NCBI GenBank assembly: GCA_038087875.1
Contig: CM075991.1
Span: 1,302,001 to 1,366,000, forward strand
DNA length: 64,000 nucleotides
DNA from: Malacoraja senta
Lineage: Eukaryota
Direction: 5' to 3'
A program made the translations under genes and the position numbers. Positions 52,055 to 64,000 of the stretch are shown here, in pieces. Every line of letters begins with the position of its first letter. Position 1 is the stretch's first letter. Below the pieces are notes generated by a model. That model worked only from the letters and a program-made list of their open reading frames with translations, did no database searches and was not told the origin of the DNA.

Positions 52055-55000
52055 AAACAAAGAAACATCAAAAATAGGTGCAAGAGGCCATTCGGCCCTT
52101 CGAGCCAGCACCGCCATTCATTGTGATCATGGCTGATCGTCCCCTATCAATAACCCGTGCCTGCCTTCTCCCCATATCCCCTGACTCCACTAGCCCTTAG
52201 AGCTCTATCTAACTCTCTTAAATCCATCCAGTGACTTGGCCTACACTGCCCTCTGTGGCAGGGAATTCCATAAATTCACAACTCTGGGTGAAAACGTTTT
52301 TTCTCACCTCAGTCTTAAATGACCCCTTTATTCTAAGACTGGCCCCTGGTTCTGGACTCGCCCAACATTGAGAACATTTTTCCTGCATCTAGCTTGTCCA
52401 GTCCTTTTATAATTTTATGTTTCTATAAGATCCCCCCTCATCATTCTAAACTCCAGTGAATACAAGCCTAGTCTTTTCAATCTTTCCTCATATGACAGTT
52501 CCGCCATCCCAGGGATCAATCTCGTGAACCTACGCTGCACTACCTCAATCACAAGGATGTCCTTCCTCAAATTAGGAGACCAAAACTGTACACAATACTC
52601 CAGATGTGGTCTCACCAGAGCCCTATACAACTGCAGAAGAACCTCTTTACTCCTATACTGAAATCCTCTTGTTATGAAGGCCAACATTCCATTAGCTTTC
52701 TTCACTGCCTGCTGTACCTGTAAGCCCACTTTCAGTGACCGGTCCGGTGTACAAGGACGCCCAGGTCTCGCTGCACCTCCCCCTTACCTAACCTAACCCC
52801 ATTGAGATAATAATCTGCCCCTTGTTTTTGCCGCCAAAGTGGATAACCTCACATTTATCTATATTATACTGCATCTGCCCACTCACTCAACCTGTCCAGG
52901 TCACCCTGCAACCTCCTAACATCCTCTTCACAGTTCACACTGCCATCCAGCTTTGTGTCATCCACAAGCTTGCTAGTGTTGCTCCTAATTCCCTCTTCCA
53001 AATCATTAATATATATGGTAAACAATTGTGGCCCCAACACCGAGCCTTGCGGCACTCCACTCGCCACTGCCTGCCATTCTGAAAAGGACCCGTTCACTCC
53101 TACTCTTTGCTTCTGGTCTGCCAACCAATTTTCTATTCATGTCAACACCCTACCCCCAATACCATGTGCTCTAATTTTAGTCACCAGTCTCCCGTGCGGG
53201 ACCTTATCAAAGGCTTTCTGAAAGTCTAGATACACTACATCCACTGGCACCCCTTCATCCATTTTACTTGTCACATCCTCAAGAAAATTCCAGAAGATTA
53301 GTCAAGCATGATTGCCCTTTCATAAATCATGTTGACTTGGACTAATCCTTTTACTGCTGTCCAAATGACCCATTATTACCTCTTTAATAATTGACTCCAG
53401 CATCTTTCCCACCACCGAAGTCAGGCTAACTGGTCTGTAATTTCCTGTTTTCTCTCTCGCTCCTTTCTAGAAAAGTGGGATAACATTAGCTATCCTCCAA
53501 TCCACAGGAATTGATCCTCAATCTATTGAACATAGGAAAATGATCTCCAATGCATCTACTATTTCTAGAGCCACCTCCCTGAGGACCCCGAGATGCAGAC
53601 AATCAGGTCCAGGGGATTTATCATCCTTTAGTCCCATTAGCCTACCCAATACTATTTCTCGCCTAATGAAAATTTCTTTCAGTTCCTCTATTCCCTTAGA
53701 TCCTGTCCTCCAGTACATCAGGGAGATTGTTTGCATCTTCCTTAGTGAAGACAGATCCGAAGTACCTATTCAACTCTTCTGCCATTACTTTGTTGCCCAT
53801 AATAATTTCACCCGTGTCTGCCTTCAAGGGACCCCCATTTGACTGTGCTACTCTTTTTCCCTTAACATATCTAAAGAAGCTTTTACTGTCCTTTATATTC
53901 CTGGACAGCTTCCCTTCGTACTTCTTCTTTTCAGCCCGTATTGCCCATTTTGTTTCCTTCTGTTGTCCTATGAAAGTTTCCCAATCCTCTGGCTTCCAAC
54001 TACTCTTTGCTGTTATACATCTTTTCTTTTAGTTTTAATCTATCCCTAACTTCTCTTGTCAGCCACAGTTGCCTCCTATTCCCCTTAGAATCTTTCTTCC
54101 TTTATTGAATGAAATGAAAGGATTATGCCCAGAAATTCCTGCCATTGCTGTTCCACCGTCATTCCTGCTAGGATCCCTTTCCAGTCTCCTTGGCCAGCTC
54201 CCCCCTCTCATGCCTTCATAGTCCCCTTTATTCAACTGCATCACTTACACTTCCGATTTAACCTTCTTCTTCTCAAATTGCAGATTAAAACTAATCATAT
54301 TTTGATCACTATCTCCAAGCGGTTCCTTTACCTCGAGTTCGCTTATCATATCTGGTTCATTGGACAACACTAAATCCAGAATTGCCTTTTCTCTGGTCGG
54401 CTCCATTACAAGCTGCTCTAAGAATCAATCTCGGAGGCATTCTACAAACTCTCTTTCTTGGGGTCCTGAACCAACCTGATTTTCGCAGTCTACCTGCATA
54501 TTGAAATCTCCCATCACCACAGTGGCATTACCTTTGTTACATGCCAGTGTTAACTCCTGCTGAAACTTACTCCTGCTGCAACTCAATCCACAGTAACTCT
54601 AGTGTTAAAGAAGGAACTGCAGATGCTGGAAAATCGAAGGTACACAAAAATGCTGGAGAAACTCAGCGGGTGCAGCAGCATCTATGGAGCACACATGTGA
54701 CTCCACCTCGTCAGTCCCTATGTCTTCCCTCGCAAGGGACTGAATTCCATCCCTCACCAGCAGAGCTACCCCCCCTCCTCTGCCCACCTGCCTGTCCTTT
54801 CTATAGGATGTATAACCCTGAATATTAAGTTCCCAGGCCCGATCCTCCTGCAGCCACGTCTCAGTAATCCCCACAATGTCATATCTACCAACCTCTAACT
54901 GAGCCTCAAGCTCACCTACTTCACTTCTTATACTTCGCGCATTCATATACAATACTTTTAATTCCTTACGCATCTCACCTTTCACATCGATCCCTGTTAC

Positions 55001-55860
55001 ATTTGGCCATACTTTTCTATCCCTTTGTGAGCTTCCTTTCCTGTTAATTCTGGGGTCATTAACCATTCCTTTAACTCCGTCCTCGACTATCCCATTTGAC
55101 ACCCCACCCCCCTTATTCAGTTTAAAATCACCCGTGTAGCAGTGGCAAACCTGCCTGCCAGAATGCTGGTCCCCCACCTGTTAAGATGCAATCCGTCCCT
55201 TTTGTACAGTTCCCCCTTACTCCAAAACAGATCCCAGCGATCTAAGAATCTAAATCCCTGCCCCCGTTCCTCAGCCACACATTCAGGTCCCATATCTCCC
55301 TGTTTCTGCACTCGCCAGCACGAGGAACTGGAAACAAACTGTAGATAACAACCCTGGAGGTCCTGCTTTTCAGCATTTTTCCGAGCTCTCTAAAGTCACG
55401 CTGCAGAATATTCATCCCCTTCTTTCCGACATCATTTGTGCCGACATGCACTACCACTTCCGGCTGTTCACCTTCGCTCTTGAGGATTTTCTGCACTCTG
55501 TCCGTGATATCCTGGAACGAGGAAGGCAGCACACCATCCTCGAATCCCGTCTGTTCCTGCAGAAACCCCTGTCCGTACCTCTCACAATGGAGTCTCCAAC
55601 TACAATGGCGTTGCCTGACGTTGGCCTCTTTGGTTTTGACTCAACAGCCCTTTTTGCTTCGCAAGCCAGTCCGCCGCTCAGTGTGATAACGTCTTCTGTC
55701 CCGACAGCTTCGAAGTGGGTGAACCTGTTCACAAGAGGTACAACACTCGGGGACCTTTGCATTCCATGTTTCCCTCCCTTTCTCTCTTCCAGTACCATAG
55801 GTGTAACAATCTTACTGTAGGACTTGTCGAGTAACGACTCAGTTTCTCGGGCGAACCTGA
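52055..55860 (-). mobile_element. Near full-length degenerate CR1 LINE
   Basis: ORF1 esterase (VVGDSIVRG, VHVGTND, DGLHLN), APE (NARSI, ITETWL) and RT fragments; pLTR insert ~54605-54690. Confidence 0.9.
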
Positions 55861-56911
55861 GGTCACTTTTTCCTTTCTTCTTTTCTTGCTTTCCCTTTGA
55901 TTCCTTTTTTCCATTTTTCTCAATTTAGGTTATAATGTTAAAAATGAAGCTGTACAATAATTGCATAATTCTAGATGATGAACGTTTTATCCTTGTACAA
56001 TTGCTTCTAATAAAATAAAAAATAAAAAATATATATATATTTTTTTAAAGTTCTACAAATCACTTAACTGTTACTGTTGATTAACTTTACTTTAGAAATA
56101 AACTTTTTAAAGTAGTAATCGGAGGGCTGTCTTAATCTTTCCATGTGAAATCTCTTGGGCAAAGTGACCATGTTCAGATTAGATACAGCTCACGAGTGTC
56201 TCACTTTGCCCATCTTCGAGTAACCTAATATTAAATCTCCAGCAGAAAGTATTATTTGGAACTTAACTCTGTAGCAGCCAGTAAAGATTGCATGGGTTTC
56301 CTGTGAAGTGCCGGCAAGAGGAATGTGCGTGAAGAAGCAGTTAATTATGTTAATTATAATTATGGTGTCTTTAACACCAGGAAGTTCAAGTAATTGATAA
56401 AATATTTTATTTGTAGCATGGTCACCATTATATATAAAATGAAGTTAATCTGCACACACTATGGCTGCATAAACAGTACAAAATGATTAAGTTATGTTTT
56501 GGTGGTCTTGGTTAGAGGATAAACATTGGTCAGTGAACCTGGGAGTTCGTCCTAATCTCAACCTCATTTTATCCTTTTAAATTAATGGTAGGCAAGGAAC
56601 ATAATTTTTGTGTTTTTTTGATATACGACACTGGATGATGAGCAAGGATTAAAATGTCTTGAAATGACAAAAGATAGCTAAGTACAAATAAATCATTTCT
56701 AGAAAGGTATTTCTCAATTGCTTTTCTAAACACCTCACTTCTGAAGAAGTGGTCAAAGATGTGAACGAATATCTAAAAAAGGATCCACCACACAAGATTT
56801 ACCATATTAAAATGAGGTAAAGTTATAGCATGACAAGGCTCGGTATCACAAGAAAACATTTACAATATGTACAATTTCCTCAAAAGTTCAGATATGTACA
56901 AGCAATTTCCT

Positions 56912-56971
56912 TCAGTTTCCTTGTTTGATAAAAACATCTGACAAATCCTCTTTCCCTTCGATTTCAAGATT
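56912..56971 (-). CDS. NCAPH: NCAPH last coding exon
   Basis: ttcag|AAT...TGA; NLEIEGKEDLSDVFIKQGN*. Confidence 0.93.
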   Translation of the reverse strand, partial: NLEIEGKEDLSDVFIKQGN

Positions 56972-57172
56972 CTGAAAGATAAAACATTTAAATACACAAT
57001 TATCAGTCTTTCAGGCTACCTAGGTCTTTTTGTCTGACCCAACTATAATTTGGGCCTCAAAATCACAAGGGCTAAATCTAAGGTAGACAAAAATGCTGGA
57101 GAAACTCAGCGGGTGAGGGCTATGGAGCGAAGGAATGGGTAAATCTATGCCACTCAGCTATGTTACTCAAGA

Positions 57173-57490
57173 ACAGCACGGTGGCGCAGCTTGTAGAAGC
57201 TGCTGCCTCACAGCATCAGAGACCCGGGTTCGACCATGACTACAGGTGCTGCCCGTGTGGAGTTTGCAGGTTCTCCCTGTGGCTGTGGGTTTCTACTGGG
57301 TGCTCCGGTTTTCTCCCACATCCCAAAGACGTGCGAGTTTGTTGGTTTGTTGGCTTCTATAAATTACCGAATGGTCGTGTCAAATGTGGATGTGGAAAGT
57401 GGGATAACAGAGCTAGTGTGAATGGGTAATCGATGGTTGGTGTAGACTTGATGGATCAAAGTGCTTGTTTCCATGCAGTTTCAATCAATC
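57173..57490 (+). mobile_element. tRNA-derived V-type SINE
   Basis: gtggcgcagc...gggttcgacc...gtgctccggttttctcccacatcccaaagac. Confidence 0.8.
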
Positions 57491-57552
57491 AACTTTTGGA
57501 TGGACATTCAGTTGCTAATGTAGCATGCACTAATATAATGTTATACACATAC

Positions 57553-57628
57553 CTTTTCATTGGCCAAGTGCAACAAACAGGCAAATGCCATGGGAATAGA
57601 CAAGTTCTTTGCTAGTGTTCTTGGCAAC
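57553..57628 (-). CDS. NCAPH: NCAPH exon
   Basis: gtgcag|G TTG...AAG|gtatgt; [25 protein letters not shown]. Confidence 0.95.
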
Positions 57629-57992
57629 CTGCACACACAAAAATAATCTGAGTACAAGCATAATAATATGTACGAAGAAGTTAGAGCCTTTAGCACAGAA
57701 ACTGGCCCTTTGGCCCAAAATGTCTGTGCTAATCATTCAATGTCCAATCTATACTTATTTAATTAAAAAGCACTTTGTCCATAACCACTGCCAAGGCGAT
57801 TCTAATACCTCCTAAATATTGTAAGAGTACAATCCTCTCAGACTTTGCATTACAGATTCTAACCACCCACTGGGTGAACTAACTCATTTAATTGAACAAT
57901 TATTTTTAAAATTATTAAAGATTAATGCATGTGACATTCATAATAAACACACATTTAGTGAGAGTGATTTAATTTAAACAAGAGAAACAAAC

Positions 57993-58081
57993 CTTTTAAA
58001 CAGATCCTTGGTAATAGCTGCTAAGCTTTGTTGTCCTTTCACTGTCATTGCATTGTCTTTTGGCTCTTCAACTGCCTTATC
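57993..58081 (-). CDS. NCAPH: NCAPH exon
   Basis: attag|GAT...AAA AG|gtttg; DKAVEEPKDNAMTVKGQQSLAAITKDLFK(R); phases fit neighbouring exons. Confidence 0.85.
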
Positions 58082-58677
58082 CTAATTATTCAAACACAAA
58101 TATTAATGCATACAGTACATGGATATAGCCTAACTTCATAGCCTATAAAACTGCAGCACTAAATGCACCATGGTTAACTAATTGATGATGGATGAGGGTG
58201 AATATTCATAAGAACACCTTGATGAACTCTGCTTCCAAATACTCCATTCAGCGAAGACAGTACCTCTGAAAGATGCCTTCTCAGACAATCCTCAGACAGT
58301 AGATAGATACAAAAAGCTGGAGTAACTCAGCAGGACAGGCAGCATCTTTGGAGTGAAGGAATGGGTGACATTTCAGGTCGAGACCCTCCGTCTGAAGAGC
58401 TACTCTAGCTTTTTGTGTCTATCTTTGGTTTAAATCAGCATCTGCACTTCCTACACAATCCTCAGTCAGTACTTCTTCAAACCACTGGAGACTAAAATAC
58501 ACATACTAAGCACAAGAGGAGCGCCTTTTAAATCCAATAGTAAACATGCAGTTTTTTGGGGAAACCTAGTGCTAACAGGAGGAAGCATTTCAGAGCACTA
58601 CCCTTCCTGAATAATTATAGCTCCAAAGGATGGATTACTCTCCAGTGACCGATGATCCCATTCAGCACATTCCTTAC

Positions 58678-58791
58678 CTTTCCATCTGAGACAGCCGAAT
58701 TTCCAGTCAGGAGTTCCCACATGTTTTGCTTCAATCTTTTCACATCCATCCTTTTTGCTGTTTTTGAATAATTCAACAGAATTTTGTTGAC
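58678..58791 (-). CDS. NCAPH: NCAPH exon
   Basis: ttacag|GTC...AAG|gtaagg; [38 protein letters not shown]. Confidence 0.94.
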
Positions 58792-59103
58792 CTGTAAAGA
58801 TCCAGAATTTGAGAGTTAGAATCGTAAACTTTTATGACAGTGCCGATCAAATTTGTTATTTTTATTTAACACAAAGCCTGAACTGGGATGAGAAGGGGTC
58901 TACAGCTTTATGGTTAAACAAATGCAGTGACTGTACAGTAGATCACAGGGAAATGCTTAAATCAGAAATGATACTAAAATATATGTGTAAACAAGGAACT
59001 TATTCAGTCTGAAGAAGGGTGCCAATCCAAAATATCACCAATCCATGCATCCACAGATGCTGCCTGACCCACTGAGTTACACCAGCAATTTGTGTTTATT
59101 TTA

Positions 59104-59345
59104 GGGGCAGCAGTCACGCTGCTGCCTCACCACCAGAGACCTGGGTTTGATCTTGACTACGGGTGTTGTCTGTGGGGAGTTAGTACAGGTACTCCGGTTT
59201 CCTCCCACATTCCAAAGACATGCAGGCTTGTCTGTTAATTAGCTTCTGTAAATGGCCCCTTTTGTGTAAAACATAGAACTGGTGTACAGGTGATCGATCA
59301 GTTAGCCAAAGGCTTTGTTTCCATGCCGTATCTCTGAACAAAACT
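59104..59345 (+). mobile_element. V-type SINE, degenerate
   Basis: ctccggtttcctcccacattccaaagacatgcagg V-domain. Confidence 0.7.
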
Positions 59346-59400
59346 AAGCTTATAATAGCAACCAAGCTCAGCTTTTCTGCTGTACTCCTTCCCTGTTTAG

Positions 59401-59598
59401 ATAATAATAATAATAATAAATTTTATTTGTGGGCGCCTATACAAAAGTCTCAAGGACACCTTACTAGCCCCCTTCACCAAACATTAAAAAGTAGAATAGC
59501 TCCTACAAACAAAACGGAGACTCACTAAAACAGTTTTAAAAAAGTGATTTAAACGGACGGCTGCTGGTTAGCAGCCGTTCCCCAAGATGGCTCCTCCT
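59401..59598 (-). mobile_element. Short, internally deleted retroposon with L2-like (ATT)n tail, possibly related to 17102-17966
   Basis: Head gccatcttggggaacggctgc...cagccgtccg, T-rich tract, G-run, then gtaaggtgtccttgag...ggcgccc.caaataaaattt(att)n. Confidence 0.55.
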
Positions 59599-59884
59599 AC
59601 TGATAGATCCAAGCCAACACATTGCAATAAGTTTGTAAGTTGTAGGAGCAGAATTAGGCCATTCTGTCCATAAAGTCTACTCCGCCAGTCAATCATGGCT
59701 GATCTATCTTTCCCTCTCAACCCCATTCTCCTGCCTTCTCCCCATAACCGTTGACACCCGTACCAATCAGGAACCTGTCAATCTCCACCTTAAAAATATC
59801 CATTGACTTGGCCTCCACAGCCTTCTGTGGCAAAGTAATGCTTACCCAGAAGAGCATTTTACCAAAATAAATCTATTTTCAATT

Positions 59885-60440
59885 TACTCTGACCATGGTG
59901 AGGCTACATTTTGTGTATTGTGTTCAGTTTTGGTCACCCTGCTATAGGAGGGATGTGGTTAAGTTGGAAGGAGTACAAATAAGTTTTACAAGGATGTTGT
60001 TTGGACTTGAGGAATCGATCTAAAGGGAGAGGTTGGACAGCGTAGTTTATTTCTTGGAGCGCTGGAGGATGAGGAGTGATCTTATAGAGATGAACAAGAT
60101 CATGAGGGGAATCAATGAAGTAATTGCAGTCTTTTACGCAGAGTAGGGGAATCACGAGCCACAAGACAAAGGTTTAAGGTGAGAGGGTATAGATTTAACA
60201 GGAAACCGAGGGGCAACATTTTCTCTAGAGGGTGGTGGGTATATGGAATGAGTTGCCAGAGGAGGTTGTTGAGGCAGGTACTATAACAACATGTAAAAAA
60301 CATTTGAATAGATACATGGATAGGAATTGTTTAGAAGGACATGGGCCAAATGCAGGCAGATGGAATTAGTGTTGATGGGGTATCTTGGTCGGCTGGGGCA
60401 AGTTGGGCTGAAGGGCCTGTTTCCATCTGCATGACCATGT
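59885..60440 (+). mobile_element. Degraded CR1 3' fragment
   Basis: gtattgtgttcagttttggtcacc...gggctgaagggcctgtttcc. Confidence 0.75.
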
Positions 60441-60517
60441 ATAATTTGATCTCCGCACTGCTCAATTATACTGCAAAGTTCCTTCAAAGTATTTTCTGTA
60501 ACCAATATCACACTTAC

Positions 60518-60682
60518 TCTCTGTGGTTCTGCTACTAGGTTTTCGCCTCCATATGTTGTGATATTTGACCATTTTCCATCTTGCTCCAGCATATTCCCTT
60601 CCTGCTGCATTACAACATTATCTGTAAACTCAGAGGAATAATTTGAGCCAACAAATCCTTCATGCTCATCATCGCTATCCAT
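60518..60682 (-). CDS. NCAPH: NCAPH exon
   Basis: gacag|ATG...AGA|gtaagt; MDSDDEHEGFVG...NITTYGGENLVAEPQR. Confidence 0.92.
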
Positions 60683-60770
60683 CTGTCATAAAAATAAAGG
60701 GAAACAAAGTGATTTCATAGGTAGATGATGTTGCCCATTTATGAAACAAGTTCATAAGAAAGATATATAC

Positions 60771-60875
60771 CTGAGCTCTGGGGCAGAAATTTGAAGTATC
60801 ATTGAGGTTGTTATAATCATATTCCACAATTTTTTCATCTTGGTTCGAGATGTTTTCTTTCACAATTCGCTTTAT
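60771..60875 (-). CDS. NCAPH: NCAPH exon
   Basis: ttacag|ATA...CAG|gtatat; IKRIVKENISNQDEKIVEYDYNNLNDTSNFCPRAQ (conserved YDYNNxNDTSNFCP). Confidence 0.92.
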
Positions 60876-61355
60876 CTGTAAACAGACAATTTTGGAGAAA
60901 GGTTTCAGACTGAACAGTGGAAAATAAAACCCTCATAGGCCTGTCCCACTTAGGCGAATGCCAGGGACTAATTTTAATGGAATTCACCTACAACACCTGG
61001 CGACAACACACAACAACTAATGAGAATATGCTGGTTATGGAATAATTGTAGTGTAAAATATTTTATTAAGTGAAAGATTAGCTTGACTTTTTTGGGTTCT
61101 GAATAAACTGAAGTTTTATAATTCTGTACCATATTAGAGGAACTATGGGGATCAGGAAGCTAGAGCCTTGCATACCAAGCTTTTCTGATAGTGCTTCCTG
61201 TTATGCCCAAGGAAAAGACGATTAACAATAGTGGGAGAGGATGTTGTTTTCTGTGGACTTGGAAATTGGGTAAACAGAAACTTCTGTGGGTAACTGATAA
61301 AGATCCTTATTTCTGTGGGTAACTGATAAAGATCCTTTAAGAAGGTACTGCATAT

Positions 61356-61703
61356 CAAAGATCCTATAGCGGAGCAAGATAGATCACTCGACGAAAAAGA
61401 CGTAGTACGGTCATGGGCAGATTCAGGGGTAATTTTAGGCCCCATTTCCGTAACCGGCTTCCGTCTCTGAACCAAAGATCCCATTGCGGAGCAAAGATAA
61501 CAAGTGCGGAGACAGAAGCTGGTTACGGAAACATCCTCGTAAAAATAAAAGTTATTTGGTAAAAATCTTCTCATTTTCAGAATTTTAATTTATTAACACA
61601 AACTGTTCCCCCGCAACGTTGATTATACTGCAAGTCGGGTCACGGAAATGGATGGAAAAAACACCCACGTTCCGTTCCGTTGCGTACCGCTATAGGATCT
61701 TTG
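61356..61703. mobile_element. hAT-type MITE
   Basis: Perfect 17-bp TIR CAAAGATCCTATAGCGG; 8-bp TSD CTGCATAT/CTGCAGAT (1 mismatch). Confidence 0.85.
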
Positions 61704-63137
61704 CTGCAGATGCTGGACCTGTTTCCTGTTATGAAGATGTTTTGTGATCAACCGTTTGTGATCGATATAACCACTGTATGACAAGTATTGTATTAGTGAC
61801 AAGTATACTTTGAATGGGTACAGCCTGTGATTGATTTGTGTTAAACATCATTGCTGCAACTCTGTATAAGCATGTGACCACGTTTCCAAAACATTATAAA
61901 AGATGCCGTATGTCTTCATTCATTAGCAGTGGCTCAGGAGAGTCGAGTGTCTGTTGCATACATGACTCTGTATCCCTGACACTCTCGCCGGCTGATGATC
62001 AGTAAAGCTCAAGTTGGTTTACCTATCCCATTGTGAGTTGTCTGTTTTTAAGTAAGTGAACCTTATCACCTACGTCAACCCATGACAGCAAAATCTGTCG
62101 CCACTGTCGCCGAAAATGTTTCAACATGTTGAAAATTTTGCAGCAGTCGTTTGTAGTCAACCAAAAAAAAAAAAATCACTCTAAATGTAGCCATCGTGAA
62201 TCAAATCTGGGCCAGGTACTCACAATTCATTTGTGAATACAAAGGTCGTACCACCATGTAGCCAGAGTCTAGAAACAGGCCTTCAGCCCATCCACAGAAA
62301 CCTGTTTTTTCAACACCCCTCATCAACTTTTCCCAAGCCCCGATTCTCTTGCCAGTTACCTACCATAGGGGCAGCATGCTTTTATTATATACAATGAAAA
62401 CAGTTCATGATTTATTGTTCAAACCAATTTTCAATGCACTAATGAACATCCATTAAAGAAACACTTGTCACTGTTCTTTTTACTTTTAATAAAACAGAAC
62501 CATTTGTAGCAGGAAGATTGCAAAACAAAAAGATAGCAATTTGTTTTCTAAGAGGCAAGAAATGTAACGTGATAAAAACAGAATGAAAGACCATGATCAA
62601 TGACTCCCTCAAACTGACATTGGAGAGTATTAAAGAAGGAACTGCAGATGCTGGAAAATCGAAGGTACACAAAAATGCTGGAGAAACTCAGCGGGTGCAG
62701 CAGCATCTATGGAGCGAAGGAAATAGGAGATTGGCATTGGAGAGGTTGTCTGTTAAATGTTGCAGTTCAGTGGAAACAAACTTTATGTGGGAATATGGTC
62801 TGTCTGAGGGGGTCTGTCACTTATCATTGTCTTCCTTTCTATTTTTGTTATGTTCCTTTTATTTTATCTACTCATAAGGACAGCAATTTGTTCTCATTCT
62901 CTTTCCTGCTGCATTCTGCATTCGGAGTGGGGCAGTTATCCTGCTCAGTTACATCTCTAGATGGAAGATATTGGAATAACAGCTAATAATGGGTATTGGG
63001 CCCACCATGTTATACAAAACTAATGTGTTTTTAAGCTCCTTCACGATGCCTTGTGTTGAGAACACACCTCAGAGAAACCTAAATACATCATTCCCTCATG
63101 CTCATTACAGCAATTTATTGGAAATATCTCCATTTAC

Positions 63138-63260
63138 CTTGATAGAGGGTTTAAGGAACAAACAGGTTAGGTTGTCTGGATCATAATGGAAATCTGTTGG
63201 CAGCGTTGTCAGCTTTCCGTTACGTCGGTCTAACGTAACTTTTGAGATTGTTGTGGCAGC
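63138..63260 (-). CDS. NCAPH: NCAPH (condensin I kleisin CAP-H) exon; upstream exons lie beyond the window
   Basis: ctctag|GCT...AAG|gtaaat; [41 protein letters not shown]. Confidence 0.9.
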
Positions 63261-63789
63261 CTAGAGAAACAGAACACAATAACTTTAACAGATTCAAACT
63301 TTAAACCTCTTGTTAAACCAAGTTACATCCCAAAGATCTCTACTCTGGAGTTTAGATCTTATTGCAAAATACTATATAATAACAGGGAACCGCAGGGTAG
63401 GTGGCAAGATGTTTATACTAGTATGAGAGCCTTGAACAGGGGGAGACACAATTGCGAGATTGATGCGGAAGGGGCCCACGAGAGGAAGAATGCCTTTTAA
63501 AACTGATCTGCGCAGAAACCTCACAGATTATTTAGAATTCTCCATCATGGAGGCTTATCGCGGAATTTAAAAAGAAAGCAACACTTAGACAGCTACATGG
63601 ATAGAAAAGGTTGAGAGATAAAACAAAACGTGGGGAAATAGGACTAGCATTGATGGTGCATCTTGGTCGACATGGGCAAGTTGAGCCAAAGGTTACCATG
63701 TTGCAGGGTTCTATAACTTTCTTGTTTTGAAAGATCAGGGAACCAAGCACTATGGTTAAACCATACCTGGTTCCCCTTGGTGGTGGTGG

Positions 63790-64000
63790 TGGTGGAAGCC
63801 ATCATCCACCTGCTCCATCGTTCCAATACTCACCTGGATAAGCTGGGAAGCACTGCTAGAGTCATGTTTTTTGACTTCTCCAGTGTTTTTAACACCATCC
63901 AGCCTGCACTGCTGGGGAGCAAACTGGAAAAGATGCTGGAGGATGCTCCACTGGTGTCCTGCATCACCAATTACTTGACTGGATGACCGCCGTATGTCAG
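63790..64000 (+). mobile_element. Rex1/Babar RT fragment, runs off the window
   Basis: EAIIHLLHR...HLDK...ARVMFFDFSSVFNTIQPALL. Confidence 0.8.

Overview
This is vertebrate (eukaryotic) genomic DNA, most likely from a cartilaginous fish such as a skate or ray. That is an inference from HE1/V-type SINEs, abundant CR1 LINEs and Penelope remnants. Four intron-containing genes can be reconstructed exon by exon with GT-AG junctions and consistent phases: the last 10 coding exons of SNRNP200/BRR2 (+, 4917-15563), all 7 coding exons of CIAO1 (-, 42379-27484), all 3 coding exons of TMEM127 (+, 42625-48107; head-to-head with CIAO1 across a ~245 bp CpG-rich promoter) and the last 7 coding exons of NCAPH (-, 63260-56912). 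CIAO1 and TMEM127 carry three small indels at homopolymers that are probably assembly errors. The rest is mostly transposons: CR1 (two near full length), L1, Rex1/Babar, Penelope-like ends with minimal hammerhead motifs, tRNA-SINEs, Helitrons, and Tc1, hAT and PIF/Harbinger-type elements. The most unusual items are: a 1.97-kb Gypsy-type LTR element with LTRs, TSD, PBS and PPT that encodes only an integrase; a GC-rich non-autonomous retroposon family with a shared body and hairpin but different LINE-derived 3' tails; a four-level nested transposon cluster; a Helitron tandem array carrying a minisatellite; and a degenerate duplicate of a CIAO1 intron/exon junction. All family and gene assignments come from recognising motifs by eye; no database searches were run.
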